This document shows, piece by piece, positions 9,888 to 17,045 of a stretch of 24,412 nt of DNA. Below the pieces are notes generated by a model. The model was not told the DNA's origin, searched no databases, and saw only the letters and a list, made by a program, of their open reading frames with translations. The position numbers and the translations under genes are program-made. How positions within the stretch are numbered: position 1 is the stretch's first letter; each line of letters begins with the position of its first letter. This stretch comes from Candidatus Hydrogenedentota bacterium (lineage in GTDB: Bacteria > Hydrogenedentota > Hydrogenedentia > Hydrogenedentales > SLHB01), in contig BTWA01000058.1 in the NCBI GenBank assembly GCA_045863295.1, positions 1 to 24,412 on the forward strand, read 5' to 3'.

Positions 9888-9937
9888 GGCCCACTCCTCA
9901 GGCGCATGGTTCACCACGGCTGGCGTGGCATCGTTTT

Positions 9938-12430
9938 TTATGGAAGAGCCGGATTGTCCGGATTCAGATCGTTGAAGTCGGCCACGGTGTCTTCATCGCG
10001 GTCCACAAACTTGGGATCATCAGGATCAACGTCGCCCAAGGAAACCGGAACCACGTTGACCTGCGTCGAGCCGGAAGTGAATTCTATTTCTTCCGGATGT
10101 TGGAAAAACTTGGAGAGCGGCGCATTGATGTAGATCCGGTTGTCCGTGCGGAACCCCAGGGTTATCGTATCGGCTGGATTCAATCCGCTATATCGCACAC
10201 GGATCAGGTTTCCGAACGCGCCAACAGGCAACGGGTCGGCCGCCAAAACGGTAAATACTCCGCCGCCTTCATCTACGAGAATCCATTCGCTGACCAGATC
10301 GCCCGGCGCCTTTTCAACGACGATGGGCACGGTACTAATAAAGCGGAACCGGAACTGCGAAATGTTACGTGGCACGTACTCAGTGCGAACGAATACTTCC
10401 GCGGTGCCGTCTGGCTGAATGCCGGCCGTCGTCAAGCCGATTTGCCCCGCACGAACATCGCCACCAATCGCGATAACGGCGGATTCCTGGAACGAACCGG
10501 TCAGTCCGCGAAAATCTCCGGAGATCAGGTAGTTCGCTTCTTCGCCACCTTGCAGCAGCGAGATGTACGTCAGCACCAACTGCCGCTGCAATTCCTTGGT
10601 GATAACGCCGGGAGCGCCGCCACCCAAAGCGATTTCATTCTGTAGCAAATTCACCAAATCGGTCACCGTAGGTGCGGGATAGTAATGGCCCCCCGTCTCC
10701 ACGGCCATCTGGATAAGGTCGTTTGGACGTACTTGATTGCCAAACCCGATTGGATACAACCGGACACGGGATTTTTTAGCCTCATCGATCAATTCCGCCA
10801 ACGAAGTGATGGACGATGTGTCGCGCCCATCCGATACAAAAACCACCGCGCGAACATCGGCATCGTCAAACGACAAGGAACCGACATCTTCATCCACAAG
10901 GCGTTTCACGGCATCCATAAGGGCGTCGTAAATTTCCGACGCGCCATGCTCCGCGGAAGGAAGGGAAAAGGCCTGCAATGCCGACGTCAACGACGATTTG
11001 GATGTGGCAAAGTTGTGGATGATGCGGCTGGATTGCTGGCGCTCGTGGTATTCCATGAGTGCAATGCGATACGTCGCCGGCAAATCATTAACAAAGTCAA
11101 CAGCCGCAGCTTGCTGTTGAGCAATGGCCGAACCGTTGCCAGCACCGGCCGCGAACATACTGCCGGTATAATCGAGAAGCACAACGACGTTGTACCGTAG
11201 GTTTTCGGCGCTGGTGACGAAGAAATTGGTTTCGTCCAAATCAATTGGCTGTTCATTCTCTTCAATCGACAATCCATCCGCAATTTCTTCAAGAATGTCG
11301 GGATCCAACGTATTTATCGCGTTCCCAAGGGCATCGCGCAACAGGAAGACAAAGCGGAGAATGAAAGGCGGTCGAGTACGGTTCTGAGCACCCTCAAACA
11401 CCAGGCCCGAGGAGGTCACACTTACGACTACTTCGACTGGATCCAGACCCGGTGCCGACACTGTAATGGTGCCGCCGTCAGACAGTCCGGTCAGCGCTCC
11501 TCGATCAATCGTGACCGCAATGGGTACGCGATCGTAATTATCGGGATCACTTACGCCCGTGCTCGTTCCACTAGCCGGCGAGAAGAAGATCAAATCGGTC
11601 CGATCGGTGCTCAACGTAAAGTCCAGGGTGCTGCCCGCTTCACCGGAATTGAATACATCAAATGTCAACGTGCTTTGCGTTTCCCCGAAGTCCAACACAC
11701 TCGGTTCAACGCCAATTTCGGCGGAAAGTCCCTGCGTAATATTCAACTCTACTTGCTGATTGCCGGCGGCTGAAGTCACAAGCAGGATAAAGGACGTAAC
11801 GCCGGACGGTACCAAGTCCCGGTCAATGGTTATCGTTGATTTTGTGCTCAGGCCCGGCTGCGTTACCGCGCCCAACGGTGCGATGGTTAAGAAATCCGGC
11901 GTGGCCACCGGAATCGATGGATCGTCGGGATCGCGCAGGCTCAAGCTCCACTGGAGTGGGCCCGTGCCTCCATTGGTTATGGTAAGTTCGGCCACTTCCT
12001 GCTGGTTAATCAGGTTGATCGCAAGGGGACTTACCCCCAACGTGGGAGAACCCGCCACCTGCATCGCGACCTTAACCGTAGTCACTCCCGCCGTGGACGT
12101 CACGAAAAGGTCGCCGGTGAAATTTCCGGGGGGTAACACGCCCCGGTCAACTGTAAGGGTAATTTGGGAGATGTTGGTGGCGGTCGTGCCGGAAGTCGGC
12201 GAAACCGTGAGCCAGGGAATGCTTTCACTAATGGTCCAAGCCATCGGAGACAGGGTGGTATTCGTCAGAGAAATTGTCTTGACGGTTGCGTCAGAACCAA
12301 AATTGACGGCAACGGGTGCAACGTCAAGGCCCAAACCGCCCGAACCCATGCCGAGCAGGGGACAACCGGAAAACAATACCGCTGCAGCGAATACGAGGCA
12401 TACGCTGAGCTTAGACGCAAACCTTTTCAT
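9938..12430 (-). CDS. Surface lipoprotein (830 aa): 3 BACON/Ig-like repeats, VWA domain, cohesin-like beta domain, Asp-rich tail; paralog of 5862-9887
   Basis: Signal ...AAAVLFSG-CP. Repeats start LDVAPVAVNFG, LGVSPLAINL and IGVEPSVLDFG. MIDAS motif LLDYTGSM...FVSDGRD. Shares the blocks ALMEYHER/ALMEFHDR, FDDADVR, TGGHYY and EYVPRN with the neighbouring gene. Confidence 0.85.
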   Translation of the reverse strand: MKRFASKLSVCLVFAAAVLFSGCPLLGMGSGGLGLDVAPVAVNFGSDATVKTISLTNTTLSPMAWTISESIPWLTVSPTSGTTATNISQITLTVDRGVLPPGNFTGDLFVTSTAGVTTVKVAMQVAGSPTLGVSPLAINLINQQEVAELTITNGGTGPLQWSLSLRDPDDPSIPVATPDFLTIAPLGAVTQPGLSTKSTITIDRDLVPSGVTSFILLVTSAAGNQQVELNITQGLSAEIGVEPSVLDFGETQSTLTFDVFNSGEAGSTLDFTLSTDRTDLIFFSPASGTSTGVSDPDNYDRVPIAVTIDRGALTGLSDGGTITVSAPGLDPVEVVVSVTSSGLVFEGAQNRTRPPFILRFVFLLRDALGNAINTLDPDILEEIADGLSIEENEQPIDLDETNFFVTSAENLRYNVVVLLDYTGSMFAAGAGNGSAIAQQQAAAVDFVNDLPATYRIALMEYHERQQSSRIIHNFATSKSSLTSALQAFSLPSAEHGASEIYDALMDAVKRLVDEDVGSLSFDDADVRAVVFVSDGRDTSSITSLAELIDEAKKSRVRLYPIGFGNQVRPNDLIQMAVETGGHYYPAPTVTDLVNLLQNEIALGGGAPGVITKELQRQLVLTYISLLQGGEEANYLISGDFRGLTGSFQESAVIAIGGDVRAGQIGLTTAGIQPDGTAEVFVRTEYVPRNISQFRFRFISTVPIVVEKAPGDLVSEWILVDEGGGVFTVLAADPLPVGAFGNLIRVRYSGLNPADTITLGFRTDNRIYINAPLSKFFQHPEEIEFTSGSTQVNVVPVSLGDVDPDDPKFVDRDEDTVADFNDLNPDNPALP

Positions 12431-12540
12431 GGCTTACCCCTTATCATCCCTTGCCAGGGGGACACACATCGGACCGCTCAAGTCCGAAGACGGCGGCCGC
12501 TTATGGAAAGACCAGGCCCTGAGTACGCACAAGTCTTGTC

Positions 12541-13119
12541 TCAGGAGTCCTCCTCACAGCACGCCACGTTGACCCCAAAGGCCTGTAATGATGGAACTTG
12601 CACGGTTTCGGCTGCGTTGCTCAGCAAATCGCACTGAAGATTCACAAAATCGCCCGGTCCCAATCCGCCAACCACAGCGTTTGTGACCAAGGCTTGTATG
12701 TCCGTTACCGCTGCGCCGCAAACGCTCAAGGAATTGAGCTGCGTCAAACCCGCCAACGGCGCGAGATCGAATACGCTCGTTTGATCCAAATTCAATGTCT
12801 TTAAATTATTCAAATTTGTCAATGGCGTAATATCGGAAACCGGATTGTTGCTGAGGTCCAAAAACGACAATCCAGTCGCAAACTCTAGTCCGGATAAATT
12901 CCGAATACTCAACCCTTTGGCATCAAGCGAACGCAACCGCAGAATATCCAATCGGTTGACAAATCCAATCGGCTGCCCCAACTCCTGGCGAACCGCGGCT
13001 TCAAGGCCTGGGTCAGCAAAGCTCACGATAAAACTGAGAGGACACCCGGTCATAGTAAGCATCATGCTTACCGCCAAGGCGGTGCCTCCTAACCGTTTGA
13101 GCAGTGCCTTCTTCCGCAT
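12541..13119 (-). CDS. Internalin-like leucine-rich-repeat lipoprotein (192 aa)
   Basis: Signal ...MMLTMTG-CP. N-cap VSFADPGLEAAVRQELG. About four 22-aa LRRs (LSFLDLSNNPVSDITPLTNLNNLKTLNLDQTSVFDLAPL). Shine-Dalgarno GAGGGGG upstream of the ATG. Confidence 0.85.
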   Translation of the reverse strand: MRKKALLKRLGGTALAVSMMLTMTGCPLSFIVSFADPGLEAAVRQELGQPIGFVNRLDILRLRSLDAKGLSIRNLSGLEFATGLSFLDLSNNPVSDITPLTNLNNLKTLNLDQTSVFDLAPLAGLTQLNSLSVCGAAVTDIQALVTNAVVGGLGPGDFVNLQCDLLSNAAETVQVPSLQAFGVNVACCEEDS

Positions 13120-13222
13120 CGTTACCCCCTCAACCGTTCGAACTGGGTCGTGTACTTAGACCGATTCAAAAGGCGTATGGTGCACGCGGGTACCCTACAG
13201 TGACACCCACAGACTGGTATCT

Positions 13223-13251
13223 ATTATCCAGCCGATTCACTATTTTGTCAA
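13223..13251 (-). promoter_or_regulatory. Sigma-70-type promoter of the lipoprotein operon
   Basis: Minus strand TTGACA-N17-GATAAT, about 100 bp upstream of the LRR gene. Confidence 0.7.
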
Positions 13252-13581
13252 GAGTTTTTGCTGTCTACTGCCCAAACTACACTATCCGACGAATTATACA
13301 CCAATTTCCCCTGATCGTGCTGGGATAGTGCCCGTTTTCAACTCCCCGTGCTCTAGAGCTCATTCCAGTGAATTACAATATTAAAAGAATTCATGATTTA
13401 CACAATTTTCTTATGACTTTTCAGCGCATATTCAGGGTGACCTTGCAGCGATAGACCACACACAACACGACTCTAAAGCCAATCACCGAGGGAACTGAAC
13501 GTCAGCTTTTTGTATTCTATCCGGGAATGCAGAGACTGATGCGCAGTGGGGTGCTGCCCTCCAACCCAACGGAATCAAAAT

Positions 13582-16128
13582 ATGTGGACGAAGTATCTTC
13601 GCACGCCTTTTCTCTTCCTTGTCTTGACCCTGGTCTCCACGAGCGGATTTGCTGAGCAGCCGGTGTTTCCGGGTGAGGACTGGGATACCCGCCAGCCCGA
13701 GGAAATGGATATGGCATCGGATGCTTTGGAGGCCATCGGTTCAACACTTGGCGGGCGGGGCTGCATTATTAAAGATGGGTATCGTGTATATGCATGGGGC
13801 GATCAGGAGGAACGAAGCGACTGGCTGTCGTCGGCAAAGCCTGTCCTTAGTACCTTGTTGTTTTTCGCTATTGAGGAGGGACGAGTCACCGGAGTGCATC
13901 ATCGCCTGGCTGACCTGGGCTGGGCACTGTCTGAGAAAGATCAGCCGATGGAACTGTACCACCTCGCCAACATGATCAGCGGGTATGCTCGCCCCGATGC
14001 GCCAGGGGCTGCGTGGGCCTACAACGACTTCGCGATTCAGCTATACCAAAAGACGCTTTTTGACAAGATCTTTCCGGGAGACCCCAATCAGATCGGTAAT
14101 GCCCCGAATAGACTCGGAGCCTTGGGGCTGCAAGACGGCCTGAACTTTAGGGAAGGAAACCGCCGCATTTCCGCCTCCGTGCGCGATTTTGCACGCATAG
14201 CCTGGTTCTGGTGCAACAAGGGGAATTGGAATGGAAGGCAACTGTTACCTTCTCATTTCTTCGACGAATACATGAAGCCGCAAGTTTCGTCGGAATTGCC
14301 CCACACGCAGAGGGCAGAAACTGATGACTACCTGGGTATCGGGTCATACGGCGGTGGATCAGATCACTTTACTGAGTACGGATCCGGCATATATGGGTTT
14401 AATTGGTGGTTCAATGCTACCGGCCGCCTCCACCCAGACACGATAACCTGGCCCGACGCGCCATCCGATACATTCATGAGTATCGGCGCGGGAGGCAATA
14501 ACACCGTCATCATCCCTAGTCTCGGAATCGTGTTGGCCAGCGCCAAAGGAAACTGGGGTTCGCTGAGCCCAGGCGATCGGGAATCGACCTTCAATGCGGT
14601 CATACAAACCTTGGTTGAATCGGCTCGGGGGGACACCGAAGAGACGTCACTCTCCGTTCACAAATGGGAACCATTTGAATTGTCGTTTGCAAGCGCTGCA
14701 AAACAGGACAATCCTTTTGCGGTCCCGTTTACGGCCACGTTTCGCGGCCCCGAAGACACCCAATTGGAAACGATTGGATTCCATGATGGGGAAGGCGTGT
14801 GGAAAGTCCGGGCGTCCTTGGACCGACCTGGCGAATGGACCATGGAGACACACTCTACCGATCCAGACCTCAATGGACACGCACGGAAAGTTCGCGTGCT
14901 GGCGCTCGCCAAGCCGAATGAGCACGGGCCGTATCAAATAGATGCCAAGCATCCGCATCATTTCGTGCATGCGGATGGCACGCGATTCTTTCATCTCGGG
15001 TACGAATGTGACTGGCTGTGGGCGCTGGACCTGGGAAAAGAAAACCCCGATGAGACGACTGCATTCCTTGATCGTCTCAAATCCTTTGGCTTTAACGCGA
15101 TCATCTTAAACGTCTACGCGCACGATACAAGTTGGCGCGAGGGGAATACGGTTGAAAACGATTTTGGACCTCCTTTCGCGTATCCCTGGGAAGGCACAAA
15201 CGCAGATCCGGATCACAGCCGCCTCAATCTAGCCTTTTGGAGCCACTATGACCGGGTGATCCGGGCGATGCATGATCGCGGCATTCAGGCCCATGTGATG
15301 ATCAAAGTCTACAACAAGAAGGTAAAATGGCCGAAGCGTGGCAGCAATGAGGAAGAACTCTTTCTTCAAACGGTCGTTGGCCGGTATGCCGCATACACAA
15401 ACGTCGTCTGGGACTTTTCCAAGGAAAGCTACAATGAGAAGGATTCTGAGTATAAAGTTGCCTTTATTGAAAAGCTGCGTGAATTCGATCCGTACGATAG
15501 GCTGATTACGGTTCACGACGACGATGCGCTGTATGGTTCCGGAGCATACAGTGGCCTAATTGATTTTCACTCGGATCAACAGCACGGCGAGTGGCATGAG
15601 AAAATTGCAGAACAACGCTCGCGTCGCAATTGGCCGGTGGTCAATGTCGAATACGGATACGAGTGGGGGCCCGGAGGTGAAAGCGACAAGACGTACGGTG
15701 TTGCACAATCCCCGGAAGAGAATGCGCGGCGGGCATGGTTAATTACGATGGCCGGCGGCTATACGACTTATTACTACACGTATACGGCGTGGGATGTTTT
15801 ATATCCTCAACATGTACCGGCTGGCTATGCAATGCAAAGGAACTTGAAGACGTTTTTTGAAGGCACGAAATATTGGCTGATGGATCCCCGTGATGATCTT
15901 GTCAGTACTGGTCATTGTCTTGCCCGGCCCGGCAAAGAATATGTCGTGTTCCTGGAAGAACCAGGAAGCGTTCAAGTTGCGAGAGATGAGGCCAGCGCAA
16001 CGCCCATGCTGGCAACCTGGTATCATCCATATACGGGAGAGACGCGGCCCGCTGCCGAAGAGGGCGGGCTTGGCTACACATCCCCCGCGGATTGGCGGGC
16101 TGCACCGGCGGTGTTGTGGCTTCGATAA
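13582..16128 (+). CDS. Secreted fusion: beta-lactamase-fold serine hydrolase + DUF5060 + DUF4038 (apiosidase-like TIM barrel) + C-terminal beta-sandwich
   Basis: ATG 13582 gives signal peptide MWTKYLRTPFLFLVLTLVSTSGFA. Serine-hydrolase motifs SSAK (13828-13839), WAYND, SVRDFARI, YGFNWW and MSIGAGGN. Second module: VHKWEPFELSF...NPF...GFHDGEGVWKVR, HFVHADGTRFFHLG, NVVWDFSKE, VVNVEYGYE and WYHPYTGE. Confidence 0.8.
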   Translation: MWTKYLRTPFLFLVLTLVSTSGFAEQPVFPGEDWDTRQPEEMDMASDALEAIGSTLGGRGCIIKDGYRVYAWGDQEERSDWLSSAKPVLSTLLFFAIEEGRVTGVHHRLADLGWALSEKDQPMELYHLANMISGYARPDAPGAAWAYNDFAIQLYQKTLFDKIFPGDPNQIGNAPNRLGALGLQDGLNFREGNRRISASVRDFARIAWFWCNKGNWNGRQLLPSHFFDEYMKPQVSSELPHTQRAETDDYLGIGSYGGGSDHFTEYGSGIYGFNWWFNATGRLHPDTITWPDAPSDTFMSIGAGGNNTVIIPSLGIVLASAKGNWGSLSPGDRESTFNAVIQTLVESARGDTEETSLSVHKWEPFELSFASAAKQDNPFAVPFTATFRGPEDTQLETIGFHDGEGVWKVRASLDRPGEWTMETHSTDPDLNGHARKVRVLALAKPNEHGPYQIDAKHPHHFVHADGTRFFHLGYECDWLWALDLGKENPDETTAFLDRLKSFGFNAIILNVYAHDTSWREGNTVENDFGPPFAYPWEGTNADPDHSRLNLAFWSHYDRVIRAMHDRGIQAHVMIKVYNKKVKWPKRGSNEEELFLQTVVGRYAAYTNVVWDFSKESYNEKDSEYKVAFIEKLREFDPYDRLITVHDDDALYGSGAYSGLIDFHSDQQHGEWHEKIAEQRSRRNWPVVNVEYGYEWGPGGESDKTYGVAQSPEENARRAWLITMAGGYTTYYYTYTAWDVLYPQHVPAGYAMQRNLKTFFEGTKYWLMDPRDDLVSTGHCLARPGKEYVVFLEEPGSVQVARDEASATPMLATWYHPYTGETRPAAEEGGLGYTSPADWRAAPAVLWLR

Positions 16129-17045
16129 CCTACACTAACGATCCAGGTCCGAGTCGACCGGCTGGTGCCAAAAAAAACTGGCGCCGCGCTCTATTCCGAA
16201 TGATCTTCGGGATGGCTTGTCTTGTCGCGGTGTTTCTTGGAGTATTCATTGCCATGCTCTCCATGCTCCAAACGCAGATTATCTTCCCGGTTCGTAAAGA
16301 CATTTGGCGCGTTCCGTCCGATCCCCCCTATCATTGGGTCTACGAAGACGTATGGCTCGATGTAAACGGAAACAAGACCCACGGATGGTATATCCCCATC
16401 GAGAATGCGAACGGCACGGTCTTATACTGCCATGGCAACGGCGAGACCGTGGCGAGTCCACTGGAGTCGTTTGAAGACTTCCGAGCGTTTGGATTAAACG
16501 GGCGTGTGATTGAAGATGGTGGATACGGCCGAAGCGAGGGAACTCCCGGCGAGCAGCGCGGCTACGAAGACGTCCGGTCCGCGTGGCGGTTTCTGGTGGA
16601 AACCAAAGGGGAACAGGACAAACGTATAGTGGTCTACGGAAGATCGTTGGGTGCGGCCATTGCCGTGCACCTCGCGTCGGAAGTTCAGCCCGCGGCATTA
16701 ATCATGGAAAGCGGCTTTACATCCATAACGGATATGACAAAGACGATAGTTCCCTTGTTGCCGCTCGGATTTCTCGTGAGGCACCGGTTTGACAGCTTAG
16801 AAAAAATTGGCAACGTCAATGCGCCCATCTTGATTGTTCACAGTCAAGGAGACAAGCTTATTCCTTTCCGCCATGGCAAAAGGTTATTTGAAGCGGCAAG
16901 AGAGCCGAAGCAATTCCTGGAGATTCAGGGTACGCACGACGATGGATGGATGGTATCCAGGGATTTTTACCGTCCCGCGCTGGCTGCTTTCATCTCCAGG
17001 TCGCTTAATGTCGACGAGTCACTTCCGGCCGGAGATGACGAATAA
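16116..17045 (+). CDS. Membrane-anchored alpha/beta hydrolase (ABHD13/Bem46-like); start uncertain (TTG 16092, GTG 16116 or ATG 16200)
   Basis: N-terminal transmembrane helix, HGWYIP, oxyanion segment VLYCHGNG, GYGRSEG, nucleophile elbow YGRSLG, catalytic Asp in HSQGDKLIP and His in IQGTHDD. Confidence 0.85.
   Translation: MASITYTNDPGPSRPAGAKKNWRRALFRMIFGMACLVAVFLGVFIAMLSMLQTQIIFPVRKDIWRVPSDPPYHWVYEDVWLDVNGNKTHGWYIPIENANGTVLYCHGNGETVASPLESFEDFRAFGLNGRVIEDGGYGRSEGTPGEQRGYEDVRSAWRFLVETKGEQDKRIVVYGRSLGAAIAVHLASEVQPAALIMESGFTSITDMTKTIVPLLPLGFLVRHRFDSLEKIGNVNAPILIVHSQGDKLIPFRHGKRLFEAAREPKQFLEIQGTHDDGWMVSRDFYRPALAAFISRSLNVDESLPAGDDE

Noticed and set aside
5862..12430. DNA-level repeats suggesting a diversity-generating retroelement, shufflon or CRISPR array
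   Set aside because: Similar stretches are short, diverged and explained by protein paralogy. No reverse transcriptase, recombinase or regularly spaced repeat is present.
12431..12540. Short hairpins between the LRR gene and the first VWA gene (for example TCGGAC/GTCCGA)
   Set aside because: The stems are 6 bp or less with no U-tract and no recognisable riboswitch pattern.
6174..12637. Plus-strand ORFs over the lipoprotein operon (for example 8572-9321, 9764-10645, 11760-12572)
   Set aside because: Antisense shadows of well-supported minus-strand genes.
13660..14625. Antibiotic-resistance beta-lactamase call
   Set aside because: The SxxK fold is shared with esterases and amidases. There is no KTG motif (MSIGAGG instead), and the domain is fused to a glycosidase-like module.
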